A stretch of DNA of 64,000 nucleotides from Amphiscolops sp. MND2022 (lineage: Eukaryota). The stretch lies in assembly GCA_964187785.1 (NCBI GenBank), contig OZ076413.1, positions 43,526,001 to 43,590,000 on the forward strand, in the 5' to 3' direction. A program made the translations under genes and the position numbers. Under the pieces are notes generated by a model. The model searched no databases, was not told the origin of the DNA, and saw only the letters and a program-made list of their open reading frames with translations. Below are positions 10,901 to 23,990 of this stretch, piece after piece (position 1 is the stretch's first letter; every line of letters starts with the position of its first letter).

Positions 10901-11985
10901 TGAAATGTGCTAATCGGTCGAGCCATCTCGTCAATCGTGCGCTATATGTTTTATTGGATCGGTTCCGTTTAATCAACGGTTCTAGTGCTTGATGGTCCGT
11001 GAGTAATTTTATCGGTTTACCGTAGATGTATAAACGGAAATGTTCTAATCCCCAAACAACTGCTAAGAGTTCGAGTTCGTTAATTGCATATTTCTTTTCA
11101 GTATCGGATAGAAATCGGCTTGCAAAACCGATTGGTTTGAACTTGCCATCTGGCTGTTCTTGCCATAGGGTTGCGCCGAGGCCTTTTGTGCTGGCATCGG
11201 TTGTTATCACGTTTGGATAGTCTGAGTTGTAGTGGGCCAGACATGGTATCTCCGTGATCTTTTGCTTGAGGTTTTCGAACGCCCGTGTGTGTTCTTCCGT
11301 CCACATCCATTCGGTGTCTTTCTTTAACAGTTGTCTCAGGCTGTCTGTTTGTGCTGATAGGTTATCTACATATTTGGATAAGTATTGAATAGCCCCCAAG
11401 AATGATTTGAGTTCTTTTTCATTGTTCGGCTGTTTCAAATCTTTTATTGCCATTAGTTTATCCTGTAACGGTCTGATACCGTTTTGGTTAATTTTATGAC
11501 CAATCCATTCATTTCTCTTTTGAAAAATTCGGATTTGTTTTCACTGAGTCTATATCCGGCGTTTTCTAGTTTAGTTAAAACTTCCGCCAGCTCTTTTTTG
11601 TGTTGTTCTTTAGAGCCTTTGGTTACCACGATTATGTCGTCCAACCATGCTGGGTGTTTGTTTTCCAGTGTTTGGTCAATTTTGTCCTGAAAGACTGTCG
11701 GTATATCCGCTAACCAGTAAAACCCTTTCAGGAAACGGTAGTAACCGGTAAAATTTCCACCGGTTACGGCAAATATGCATAGGTTTCGGGTTCTCTGGAT
11801 AACAGTAGTTGACCGTATGCGTAGTCTAGATCAAGTTTTGAGGTCCATATCTCATCTGTCGGTCCGTCCGCAATTTTCCTGGAGATTCTGGAAATTAATT
11901 CCTCCATATAAGGCATTTGTGCCTTTTTTTTGATGGTTATTTTGTTCAGTTTCCTTGGATCTAGGGCGATTTTTACCGACTTGTC
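7924..11985 (-). pseudogene. pol: pol (RT, RNase H, integrase, C-terminal extension), disrupted by frameshifts and stops
   Basis: RT WLDDIIV; LKSFLGAIQY; RNase H ITTDAS...ELELLAVVWG...TDHQAL; integrase LHKGHP...CETC, QMDFIGP, RSDRA, GLVERG. Confidence 0.93.
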
Positions 11986-13617
11986 CTATTTTACGGTAAT
12001 GACTGCCGGGCTAACGAAACAGTTTTCGTCGTTGTTGTTCGCTTTTTCAATGTGGCCCTGTTTCATTAGCTTGTTTTTTTCCTTTTCAACCGATTGTTGT
12101 AAGTGGATCGGTATTGGTCTTCCTTTTTGTTGAATTAACTTCGCGTCGTCTTTAAGCTGTATTTTTACTTCCAGTCCCTTTACGGTGTGGTTTTCATGAA
12201 AGAGTTTTTTGTACTTTCTTTTCAGAGAAGTAATATCCGGGTCTTCCATGACGTGGTTTATTTGGGGACCGGTTTTACCGGTGTCCAGCGTTCTTCCCAA
12301 CTTTCCCATCCAGTCCAATCCTAGCAGTGGGTTGGTTTTCTTTCTGGTTATCAAGATTTCTAGATTGTTTTGTTGTCCGTTTATTTCTACCATTGCGGTG
12401 GTTTTGCCTTCGAATTTAATTTTGTTGTCATTCACATCTCTGTTTTCTGTTTTCAGCGGTTTCAACGGTGTTGTACCGTTGAATAGTGATTTCGGTATTA
12501 GTGTCACTGGTGATCCGCTGTCTATTATGAATTTGATTGGTCGCTTGTTGACCAATGCGGTGAGAGTGAAGAAGTCTGGACCGTCTTTATTCATTTGACG
12601 TGTTGAATGGATCTTCTGGCTAATGTAATGGATTGTGTTTGGTGACCAGCCGTCTTCTTCCGCACTACTGGTTTCGTGTTCCTGTATGCGATTTATTTTC
12701 TTATTTGTTCGGCAGCATTTTGCATAGTGACCGATCTTTTCGCACTTTGCGCATTTCTTTCCTCTGGCCGGACATTCATGCTGTCTTGTCCAGTTTGGGG
12801 CTCCGCATCTGTTACAATCCATTTTCTTGAATTTGGTCGGTTTATCCGTTTGTTCTTCATAGCTTTTGGCTTTTCTTTTATTGAGGTATCTGATTTTTTT
12901 CTCTTCTTCTGTTTCTGGTGAGTCATTTAGTTTCTCGTACATGTGTTCATGTAATGCTTCGGTAATTGCTTCCACTGACATGTCACTTTTTCTGATTTTT
13001 TTCTTGAGGTCGTAATCGCCTGTCGATTTTCCAATTACCGAGAGAAATTTTGACGCCAGTAATTCCGCCGCGGTTATCGTTTCGAATTCCCAGTTTCTTT
13101 CGATTGCCAATATCCGTTTCCAGACATCTGCCGCGGACTCTCCCTCTTCTCGTTTTAATTCGAAGAAATCAGCTCTGCTGTGGTGAACATTTATTTCCGG
13201 AGTGAAATGTAACCGGAATAGTGAGTACATTTTATGTAACGGTAGTGAGCTTGGTTCTCTTTCTCCAACCGTTTTGGTCATTTCCGTGATCGCGTTTTGT
13301 CCAATTGCCCATAGCAATAGGTCTTTTATCTCTGCTTCTAATTGATCACGGTATTGTGGCAGTATTTCTTTGCTGTTTGTCATCGTTGATAGGTCTATGT
13401 CTTTCGTCTTTTTAATATACTGTACGAATTTCCGCCACCACATGTTTGCACTGGTGCAATCTTGTTTCTCCAGTGTTGGTATGGTTAATTTTTGTGTGCA
13501 GGTCCGTTCAACGGTTCTGTTCATGGTCTCGTTCGGCGGCGGTTGCTCGTCTGGTTGCGATCCCGTCATCACATTTCTGTCTCCATTTCTTGTAGGGGTG
13601 TTTGTGCTATCGTCCAT
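11986..13617 (-). CDS. gag: gag-protease-start of RT, ended by a premature stop
   Basis: Two zinc knuckles CNRCGAPNWTRQHEC and CAKCEKIGHYAKCC; protease IIDSGS...LLGLDW. Confidence 0.93.
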   Translation of the reverse strand: MDDSTNTPTRNGDRNVMTGSQPDEQPPPNETMNRTVERTCTQKLTIPTLEKQDCTSANMWWRKFVQYIKKTKDIDLSTMTNSKEILPQYRDQLEAEIKDLLLWAIGQNAITEMTKTVGEREPSSLPLHKMYSLFRLHFTPEINVHHSRADFFELKREEGESAADVWKRILAIERNWEFETITAAELLASKFLSVIGKSTGDYDLKKKIRKSDMSVEAITEALHEHMYEKLNDSPETEEEKKIRYLNKRKAKSYEEQTDKPTKFKKMDCNRCGAPNWTRQHECPARGKKCAKCEKIGHYAKCCRTNKKINRIQEHETSSAEEDGWSPNTIHYISQKIHSTRQMNKDGPDFFTLTALVNKRPIKFIIDSGSPVTLIPKSLFNGTTPLKPLKTENRDVNDNKIKFEGKTTAMVEINGQQNNLEILITRKKTNPLLGLDWMGKLGRTLDTGKTGPQINHVMEDPDITSLKRKYKKLFHENHTVKGLEVKIQLKDDAKLIQQKGRPIPIHLQQSVEKEKNKLMKQGHIEKANNNDENCFVSPAVITVK

Positions 13618-13653
13618 TGTTTCTGGTTTTCGATAGTAGTTTAGGGTTAATCT

Positions 13654-13663
13654 GACTGCGCCA
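13654..13663 (-). promoter_or_regulatory. Primer-binding site, probably tRNA-Ser
   Basis: TGGCGCAGTC immediately after the 5' LTR on the minus strand. Confidence 0.7.
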
Positions 13664-13873
13664 TGTTGTATCTAGTTTCTATAGTGAGAAGATTGTATGT
13701 TGTCTAAGAATTAACTTCTTTCTTTCACGATTCTTTTTCTAGCACTGAGTTAAGAATTCATCTGCTCTTAAGTGGCAGGACTGGTATTTAATCAAATGAG
13801 TACAATAATAAATAAAAACAAGAGACAGACTAATTAATGTTTATAGTTTATAGTAGTTCGTCTGTCCTCTACA
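13664..13873 (-). repeat. 5' LTR of the Gypsy element (210 bp)
   Basis: Matches 7742-7963 apart from a few substitutions and a net 12-bp indel. Confidence 0.95.
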
Positions 13874-14834
13874 GCCTTGTTCATCTGAAATTTCCGATTA
13901 ATTTTTACCTAATTGTTAAGAAACTAGAAAGCAAAAGTTAACTGTTGTGGTCAGTGTCAGGGGATGACATTCAACCAACGTAGCACGCAACTACGGTTGG
14001 ACTCAATTTGCTGGTGGAAAAGTTTACTGGTGAAACGATTCAGGGTCCAATGTGGCTTTTGACTGGGGCGGTTTTGTCTTTACAACCGGTGTAAAAGTTC
14101 CAGGCTAGTTTTCAACAAATGCATGATCGGGAAAACTAGAAAATTGCTCATTTTCTCTCCTGGTTGAAAAGCAACACCCTTTTCTAACACTCGTGATCAA
14201 ACGTCCTTTTCAAAAGACTTCTCTCTCTCTCTCCTTCTGAACTCAAAAATCAAATAAATAGATTTTAAAGAAGATTTTTCTGGATTTTTTTATCGTGGAG
14301 TCTTGAAGGAAAAATTATGAGCTGAAAATCTAACAAATATCAACTTGCTGCCACTTCCGATATATTCTATTTGGAGATTTGTGTGATGTTTCTTTTTTGC
14401 CAATACTGTGTATAAGTCAAAATAATAGAAAATCATTTGTGAGGTCCTCAAGTTAATGAGTAAGAAGTATAGCTGTGCGAGGTTCGCAGTTTTTAGAGGC
14501 GCGTTGCCCGTACTGACAAAAGTTTGAATTCCAGGACTGTCAAGGATTTCTAAGAATTGGTAAGGACTTGTCAAGTTCTGGACCAGTCCTTACCAGTGCC
14601 ACTTTTAGCCTTACAAGTCCTGGACCAGTCCTTACCAGTCCTGGGGAACCCTGGAGATATGCTGACAAGGACTGGAACACGGAAAAATCCAAAACCGATT
14701 TAGGGCCTATAAGAGCCGAATATAGGCCATATTTAGTTGAAAAAAGTGTAATTGGGTGCAGTAAGAAGTTTTTTTCAGTATGTTACCTTACGAAAATCGT
14801 GAAAAATAGTCTCTTGTCAAATAATCATATAACT

Positions 14835-17800
14835 ACCTCGAGAATATTAGTTTTTAAAGTCTTGGCTGGTCAACTAAGAAACAGCCGACACAGGCAGGGC
14901 AACCAACCAGCACGTGCAAGAAAAAAGCCCCATTCACCCATTCACAATAATACATGAAAAGAATGAGGTCAAAAACTTTGTTGGATGTCTCTCGAAGTCC
15001 ATCAAAAAATCAGATCAGGACCTCGAAAATAACCGTTTTATAGTCTTGGCTGGCCAACTGAAAAACAGTCGACACTGGCAGGGCTATCAACGAGCAGGTG
15101 CATAAAATGAACCATTCACAAAATTACATGTGATGAATGAGCACAAAAATCATGTTGCATGTCTCTCAAAGTCCATCAAAAGAAGCAGATCAGGACCTCG
15201 AAAATATCCGTTTTTATAGTCTCGGCTGGCCAACTGAAAAACAGTTGACACTGGCAGGGCTACCAACAAGCAGGTGCATAAAAAGCCCCATTCACAATAA
15301 TACATGTAATGAATGAGCACAAAAACTATGTTGGAAGTCTCACAAAGTCCATCGAAAAAAGCAGATCAGGACCTCAAAACAAATCAGTTTCTATAGTCTT
15401 GGCTGGCCAACTGAAAAACAGTCGACACTGGCAGGACTACCAACGAGCATGTGCATAAAAAGCCCCATTCACAATATTGCATAAAATGAATGATGTCAAA
15501 AACCATGTTGGATGTCTCTGGAAGTCCATCAAAAAAGCAGATCAGGACCTCGAAAATATCAGTTTTTATAGTCTCGGCTTGCCAACTGAAAAACAGTCGA
15601 CACTGGCAGGACTACCAACGAGCATGTGCATAAAAAGCCCCATTCACAATATTGCAAAAATTGAATGAGGTCAAAAACCATGTTGAAAGTCTCTGGAAGT
15701 CCATCAAAAAAGCCGACCAGGACCTCCAGAATATTCGTTTTTATGATCTTGGCTGGCCAACTGAAACACAGTCGACACTGGCAGAGATACCAACAATCAG
15801 GTGCATAAAAAACCCCATTCACAGTAATATATGAAATGAATGGGAACAAAAACCATGTTGCATGTTTCTCAAAGTCCATCAAAGAAAGCAGATCAGGACC
15901 TCGAAAATATCAGTTTTTTCATAGTCTTGGCTTGCCAACTGAAAAACAGTCGACACTGGCAGGGCTACCAACGAGCAGGTGCATAAAAAACCCAATTCAC
16001 AATATTGCAAAAAATGAATGAGGTCAAAAACCATGTTGGATGTCTCTGGAAGGCCATCAAAAAAGGCGATCAGGACCTCGAAATATCCGTTTTTATACTC
16101 TTGGCTGGCCAACTGAAAAACAGTCGACACTGGCAGAGCTACCAACGAGCAGGTGCACAAAAAGCTCCATTCACAATATTGCAAAAAATGAATGAGGTCA
16201 AAAACCATGTTGAATGTCTCTGGAAGTCCATCAAAAAAGCCGACCAGGACCTCCAAAATATTCGTTTTTATGATCTTGGCTGGCCAACTGAAAAACAGTC
16301 GACACTGGCAGAGTTACCAACAATCAGGTGCATAAAAAGCCCCATTCACAATAATTCATGTAATGAATGAGCACAAAAACGATGTTGCATGTTTCTCAAA
16401 GTCCATCAAAAAAAGCAGATCAGGACCTCGAAAATATCCCTGTTTATAGTCTCGGCTGTCCAACTGAAAAACCGTCAACAATGGCAGCGCTACCAACAAG
16501 CAGGTGCATGAAAAGCCCCATTTACAATGATACATGAAATGAATGAGCTCAAAAACCATGTTGCATGTCGCTCAAAGTCCATCACAAAAAGCAGATCAGG
16601 ACCTCAAAAATATCCGTATTTATAGTCTTGGCTAGCCAACTGAAAAACATTTGACACTGGCAGGGCTACCAACGAGCAGGTGCATGAAAAGCCCCATTCA
16701 CAATATTACATGTGATGAATGAGCACAAAAACCATGTTGCATGTCTTTCAAAGTCCATAAAAAAGCAGATCAGGACCTCGAAAATATCCGTGTTTGTAGT
16801 CTTGGCTGGCCAACTGAAAAACAGTCGACACTGGCAGGGCTCCCAACGAGCAGGTGCATGAAAAGCCCCATTCACAATATTACATGTGATGAATGAGCAC
16901 AAAAACCATGTTGCATGTCTCAAAGTCCATCAAAAGAAGCAGATCAGGACCTCGAAAATATCCATTTTTACAGTCTCGGCCGGCCAACTGAGAAGCAGTC
17001 GACACTGGCAGGGCTACCATTGAGCAGGTGCACAAAAAGCCCCATTCACAATATTGCAAAAATTGGATGAGGTCAAAAACCATGTTGAAAGTCTCTGGAA
17101 GTCCATCAAAAAAGCCGACCAGGACCTCCAAAATATTCGTTTTTATGATCTTGGCTGGCCAACTGAAAAACAGTCGACACTGGCTGGGCTACCAACAAGC
17201 AGGTGCATAAAAAGCCCCATTCACAATATTACATGTGATGAATGAGCACAAAAATCATGTTGCATGTCTCTCAAAGTCCATCAAAAGAAGCAGATCAGGA
17301 TCTCGAAAATATCCATTTTTACAGTCTCGGCCGGCCAACTGAGAAACAGTTGACACTGGCAGGGCTACCAACGAGCAGGTGCATAAAAAGCCCCATTCAC
17401 AAAAATACATGAAATGAATGAGCACAAAAACCATGTTGCATGTCTCTCAAATTCCATCAAAAAAAGCAGATCAGGATCTCGAAAATATCCGTTTTTATAG
17501 TCTCGGCTGGCCAACTGAAAAACAGTTGACACTGGCAGGGCTACCAACAAGCAGGTGCATAAAAAGCTCCATTCACAATAATACATGTAATGAATGAGCA
17601 CAAAAACTATGTTGGAAGTCTCACAAAGTCCATCAAAAAAAGCAGATCAGGATCTCGAAAATATCCGTTTTTATAGTCTCGGCTGGCCAACTGAAAAACA
17701 GTTGACACTGGCAGGGCTACCAACAAGCAGGTGCATAAAAAGCTCCATTCACAATAATACATGTAATGAATGAGCACAAAAACTATGTTGGAAGTCTCAC

Positions 17801-20800
17801 AAAGTCCATCAAAAAAAGCAGATCAGGACCTCGAAAATATCCGTTTTTACAGTCTTGGCTGGCCAACTGAAAAACAGTCGACACTGGCAGGGCTACCAAC
17901 GAGCAGGTGCACAAAAAGCCCCATTCACAATATTGCAAAAATTGAATGAGATCAAAAACCATGTTGAAAGTCTCTGGAAGTCCATCAAAAAAGCCGACCA
18001 GGACCTCCAAAATATTCGTTTTTATGATCTTGGCTGGCCAACTGAAAAACAGTCGACACTGGCAGAGATACCAACAATCAGGTGCATAAAAAACCCCATT
18101 CACAGTAATATATGAAATGAATGGGAACAAAAACCATGTTGCATGTTTCTCAAAGTCCATCAAAGAAAGCAGATCAGGACCTCGAAAATGTCCGTTTTTG
18201 TAGTCTCGGCTGGCCAACTGAAAAACAGTCGACACTGGCAGGGCTACCAACAAGCAGGTGCATAAAAAGCTCCATTCACAATAATACATGTAATGAATGA
18301 GCACAAAAACTATGTTGGAAGTCTCACAAAGTCCATCAAAAAAAGCAGATCAGGACCTCGAAAATATCCGTTTTTACAGTCTTGGCTGGCCAACTGAAAA
18401 ACAGTCGACACTGGCAGGGCTACCAACGAGCAGGTGCACAAAAAGCCCCATTCACAATATTGCAAAAATTGAATGAGATCAAAAACCATGTTGAAAGTCT
18501 CTGGAAGTCCATCAAAAAAGCCGACCAGGACCTCCAAAATATTCGTTTTTATGATCTTGGCTGGCCAACTGAAAAACAGTCGACACTGGCAGAGATACCA
18601 ACAATCAGGTGCATAAAAAACCCCATTCACAGTAATATATGAAATGAATGGGAACAAAAACCATGTTGCATGTTTCTCAAAGTCCATCAAAGAAAGCAGA
18701 TCAGGACCTCGAAAATGTCCGTTTTTGTAGTCTCGGCTGGCCAACTGAAAAACAGTCGACACTGGCAGGGCTAGCAACGAGCAGGTGCATCAAAAGCCCT
18801 ATTCACAGTAATATATGAAATGAATGGGAACAAAAACCATGTTGCATGTCTCTCAAAACCCATAAAAAAAGCAGATCAAGACCTCGAAAATATCCGTTTT
18901 TATAGTCTCGGCTGGCCAACTGAAAAACAGTCGACACTGGCAGAGTTACCAACGAGCAGGTGCATAAAAAGCCCCATTCGCAGTAATACATGGAATGAAT
19001 GAGCACGAAAACCATGTTGCATGTCTCTCAGAGTCCATCAAAAAAAGCAGATCAGGACCTCGAATATGTCCGTTTTATAGTCTCAGCTGTCTAACTGAAA
19101 AACCGTCAACACTGGCAGGGCTACCAACGAGCAGGTGCATGAAAAGCCCCATTCACAATGATGTATGAAATGAATGAGCACAAAAACCATGTTGCATGTC
19201 TCTCAAAGTCCATCACAAAAAGACGATCAGGACCTCGAAAATATTCGTTTTAATGATCTTGGCTGGCCAACTGAAAAACAGTCGACACTGGCAGAGTTAC
19301 CAACAATCAGGTGCATAAAAAGCCCCATTCACAATAATACATGAAATGAATGAGCACAAAAACGATGTTGCATGTTTCTCAAAGTCCATCAAAAAAAGCA
19401 GATCAGGACCTCGAAAATATCCGTTTTTATAGTCTTGGCTGGCCAATTGAAAAACAGTCGACGCTGGCAGGGCTACCAACGAGCAGGTGCGCAAAAAGCC
19501 CCATTCACAATATTGCAAAAAATGAATGAGGTCAAAAACCATGTTGAATGTCTCTGGAAGTCCATCAAAAAAGCCGACCAGGACCTCCAAAATTTTCGTT
19601 TTAATGATCTTGGCTGGCCAACTGAAAAACAGTCGACACTGGCAGAGTTACCAACAATCAGGTGCATAAAAAGCCCCATTCACAATAATACATGAAATGA
19701 ATGAGCACAAAAACGATGTTGCATGTTTCTCAAAGTCCATCAAAAAAAGCAGATCAGGACCTCGAAAATATCCGTTTTTATAGTCTTGGCTGGCCAATTG
19801 AAAAACAGTCGACGCTGGCAGGGCTACCAACGAGCAGGTGCGCAAAAAGCCCCATTCACAATATTGCAAAAAATGAATGAGGTCAAAAACCATGTTGAAT
19901 GTCTCTGGAAGTCCATCGAAAAAGCCGACCAGGACCTCCAAAATATTCGTTTTTATGATCTTGGCTGGCCAACTGAAAAACAGTCGACACTGGCAGAGTT
20001 ACCAACAATCAGGTGCATAAAAAGCCCAATTTACACTAATACATGAAATGAATGAGCACAAAAACGATATTGCATGTTTCTCAAAGTCCATTAAAAACAG
20101 CAGACCAGGACCTCGAAAATATCCGTTTTAATAGTCTCGGCTGGCCAACTGAAAAACAGTCGACACTGGCAGGGCTACCAACGAGGAGGTGCATCAAAAA
20201 CCCCATTCACAGTAGTATATGAAATGAATGGGAACAAAAACCAAGTTGCATGTCTCTCAAAACCCATAAAAAAAGCAGATCAGGACCTCGAAAAAATCCG
20301 TTTTTATAGTCTCGGCTGGCCAACTGAAAAACAGTCGACACTGGCAGAGTTACCAACGAGCAGGTGCATAAAAAGCCCCATTCGCAGTAATACATGAAAT
20401 GAATGAGCACGAAAACCATGTTGCATGTCTCTCAAAGTCCATTCAAAAAAAGCAGATCAGGACCTCAAAAATATCCGTTTTTATAGTCTTGGCTGGCCAA
20501 TTGAAAAACAGTCGACACTGGCAGGGCTACCAACGAGCAGGTGCACAAAAAGCCCCATTCACAATATTGCAAAAAATGAATGAGGTCAAAAACCATGTTG
20601 AATGTCTCTGGAAGTCCATCAAAAAAGCCGACCAGGACCTCCAAAATATTCGTTTTTATGATCTTGGCTGGCCAACTGAAAAACAATCGTCACTGGCAGA
20701 ATTACCAACAATCAGGTGCATAAAAAGCCCAATTCACAATAATACATGAAATGAATGAGCACAAAAACAATGTTGCATGTTTCTCAAAGTCCATTAAAAA

Positions 20801-22310
20801 CAGCAGACCAGGACCTCGAAAATATCCGTTTTTATAGTCTCGGCTGGCCAACTGAAAAACAGTCGACACTGGCAGGGCTATCAACGAGGAGGTGCATCAA
20901 AAATCCCATTCACAGTAGTATATGAAATGAATGGGAACAAAAACCATGTTGCATGTCTCTCAAAACCCATAAAAAAAGCAGATCAGGACCTCGAAAATAT
21001 CCGTTTTTATAGTCTCGGCTGGCCAACTGAAAAACAGTCGACACTGGCAGAGTTACCAACGAGCAGGTGCATAAAAAGCCCCATTCGCAGTAATACAAGA
21101 AATGAATGAGCACGAAAACCATGTTGCATGTCTCTCAAAGTCCATCAAAAAAAGCAGATCAGGACCTCGAATATGTCCGTTTTATAGTCTCGGCTGTCTA
21201 ACTGAAAAACCGTCAACACTGGCAGGGCTACCAACGAGCAGGTGCATAAAAAGCCCCATTCAGAATGATACATGAAATGAATGAGCACAAAAACCATGTT
21301 GCATGTCTCTCAAAGTCCATCACAAAAAGCAGATCAGGACCTCAAAAATATCCGTATTTTTAGTCTTGCCTAGCCAACTGAAAAACAGTTGACACTGGCA
21401 GGGCTACCAATGAGCAGGTGCAAGAAAAGCACCTTTCACATTAATACATGAAATGAACAAGCACAAAAACCATGTTGCATGTCTATCAAAGTCCATCACG
21501 AAAAGCAGATCAGCACCTTGAAAATATCCGTTTTTATAGTGTTTTCTGGCCAACTGAAAACAGTCGACACTGGTAGGGCTACCAACGAGTAGGTGCATAA
21601 AAAGCCCCATTCACAATATTACATGAAATGAATGAGCACAAAAGCCAAGTTGGATGACTCTCAAAGTCCATCAAAAAAGCAGATCAGGACCTCGAAAATA
21701 TCCGTGTTTGTAGTCTTGGCTGGCCAACAGAAAAACAGTCGACACTGGCAGGGCTACCAACGAGCAGGTGCATGAAAAGCCCCATTCACAATAATACATG
21801 AAATGAATGAGCACAAAAACCATGTTGAATGTCTCTCAAAGTCCATCAAAAAAAGCAGATCAGCACCTCGAAAATATCCGTTTTTATAGTCTCGGCTGGT
21901 CAACTGAAACCAGTCGACACTGACACTGACAGGGCTACGAACGAGCAGGTGCATGAAAAGCGCCATTCACAATAATACATGAAATAAGTGAGCACAAAAA
22001 CTACGTTGGAAGTCTCTCAAAGTCCATCAAAAAAGTAGATCAGGACCTCGAAAGTATCCGTTTTTGTAGTCTTGGCTGGCCAACTGAAAAACAGTCGACA
22101 CTGGCGGGGTTACCAACGAGCAGGTGCATGAAAAGTCCCATTCACAATAATACATGAAATGAATGAGCACAAAAACCATGTTGGATGTCTCTCAAAGTCC
22201 ATCACAAAAAGCAGATCAGCACCTCGAAAATATCCGTTTCTATAGTCTCGGCTGGTCAACGGGGAAACAGTCGACACTGGCAGAGCTACCAACGAGCAGG
22301 TGCATAAAAA
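14835..22310. repeat. Satellite A: ~175-176-bp monomer, about 42 copies, with higher-order repeats
   Basis: GGCTGGCCAACTGAAAAACAGTCGACACTGGCAG recurs every ~176 bp; identical or near-identical translated segments recur at offsets of 351, 527 and 703 bp. Confidence 0.97.
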
Positions 22311-22421
22311 GTTTGTATAGTAAATCGAAATGTTTACAAATTTTTCCGGAAGACCTCTGAAACTTCGAGCGTTTCTTGAGCATGATTTGAGATCACATGG
22401 AGGAAAATTGCTTGGGTTTCA

Positions 22422-22670
22422 ATGATGAACTACATAACTTCAACAAAAGAGAATACAGAAAAAAACGCAAGATGTGAGTTTCTAGGTTTTAAACGATGAA
22501 ATGCATGACTTCAACAAAATAAGATACAGAAGAAAACGCAAGATGTGAGTTCAACAAAAGAAGATACAGAAGAAAACGCAAGATGTGAGTTTCTAGGAAT
22601 TAAAAGATGAACTGCATAGCTTCAACAAAAGAAAATACAGGAGAAAATGCAAGATGTGTGAGTTTCTAGC
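22422..22670 (+). repeat. Tandem repeat, ~4 imperfect copies of variable length
   Basis: TTCAACAAAAGAAGATACAGAAGAAAACGCAAGATGTGAGTTTCTAG recurs. Confidence 0.8.
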
Positions 22671-22689
22671 TGTTCCAAAGATCAAAGGG

Positions 22690-23990
22690 ATGCAATAATA
22701 GGAAGAATGTTTTTGACACTGAATCATCAAAGGTTCGACGATGATGTTTCCGGAGAACGTTTATCGAGTTTGATTTCATTTCGTGAGCAATGTTGTTCAC
22801 GCTCGCCTTCGCCTCCAGTTAGGTACTACCGCGTCCAGGGAAGACTGTTTCGATGGCTTCTGAAGCGAATGTTCCAGCTTAACTTCAGCCAAAATTAAGA
22901 CTAGTTTTCATTTGCAATCACAACCGAACCCATACTAGATTTAGTTTCAAAACTGAAGTACCTCTAAAAATGTCTTTTAGGTCCTGGGGAAAATCCAGAC
23001 GTTTCGTGGCCCTCTGTGGGGAGAGCATTCGCCCGATGAGCTCCTCCGAAACCCAAATATGAATCGAGCCACGTTGTGGCCATAGTCTTTGGGAAGAGTC
23101 CTACCAAGTGTCAGAAGGTCTCTTACTTTGTACATTAGAGTTGGACGTTTGTATTTGTCCCGCAGGTCGATACGAGACACTCTATTTGCGGCAGCGAATA
23201 TTTCAACCATTTGTAAAACAGTACAACAAAAGGTCCCCGCGGGGCACAGTTTTATTTCTGCTTTTTGACGTTCATCTTCAATAACTCGGCGTACGAAAGC
23301 ATAATTACCACTCGCTCGTTCCATCGCACGAGAAACGAATTGTTGTCGGCAACCTGAGAAACCTAAATCTCACGCTTATACTCACTGCCGAAAAAATTTT
23401 TTCAGTAGTTGAAATCGACCGCATATATAGAAAAAATTGTTGACTTCACATGACAAACTAACAGCATCCCTGTAGAACAATAGCCACTTAGTTGCATTGC
23501 TCGACATTTTTCTGGGCAAGACGAGAAATGTTGCATTTCAGGGTTGAGACGGAAGTCTCCATTCTACTCAGAACGTTTTCGAGTCTCGTTAAAACACGAG
23601 TACCCACAGTCTCATTGTCAACCGGTTGCGTGAAAAGCACTTCCTACAAATAAAAATATTGAAAACGCTGAAGATTTAACCACTCAGAACGTTTTTGAAG
23701 ATGCTAACATCACCCAAGTCTGAATTATCGACCACGGAAGCAGCCGCTTGAAAGCCGACTGTTTGTTGTTCTGAGGTGCTCGCGCTCAATGGTGCTACCT
23801 CGAATTCTTGAGCTCCTGGCGTGGACGTCAACCTATACGCTTTCTGTCCGGTCTGAAAATGCGTCTAAGCTCAATTCAGACACTTCAAGGTATATAGAAT
23901 TAGACTTAAAAAAGACGAAATGAGACCTCGTCAGACGAAACTGACACTCTTCCGCTTGATCGATTTCCGCTTTCCGAGAGACTTATCCAT
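22690..23990 (-). pseudogene. Multi-exon coiled-coil plus BEN-like domain gene (exons ~23990-23927, 23852-23709, 23643-23463, 23353-22962, 22859-~22690), decayed
   Basis: Phase-compatible GT-AG introns (74, 65, 109, 102 bp). Reconstructed C-terminus DLLTLGRTLPKDYGHNVARFIFG(fs)SEELIGRMLSPQRATKRLDFPQDLKDIFR|EAIETVFPGRGST*LEAKASVNNIAHEMK resembles the BEN pattern; two stops and two frameshifts. Confidence 0.55.

Larger units (their letters stand above)
7742..13873 (-). mobile_element. Full-length Ty3/Gypsy LTR retrotransposon (Mag-like), mildly decayed
   Basis: Two TG...CA LTRs, 5-bp TSD GCCTT (7737-7741 and 13874-13878), PBS, PPT, domain order gag-PR-RT-RH-IN. Confidence 0.97.

Noticed and set aside
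8337..13636. Plus-strand ORFs (199, 181 and 129 aa) over the Gypsy element
   Set aside because: Antisense shadows of gag-pol with no independent features.
14835..22310. Many overlapping ORFs, and a possible CRISPR-like array
   Set aside because: The ORFs are translations of satellite monomers in all frames. The whole unit repeats with no unique spacers, and there are no cas genes.
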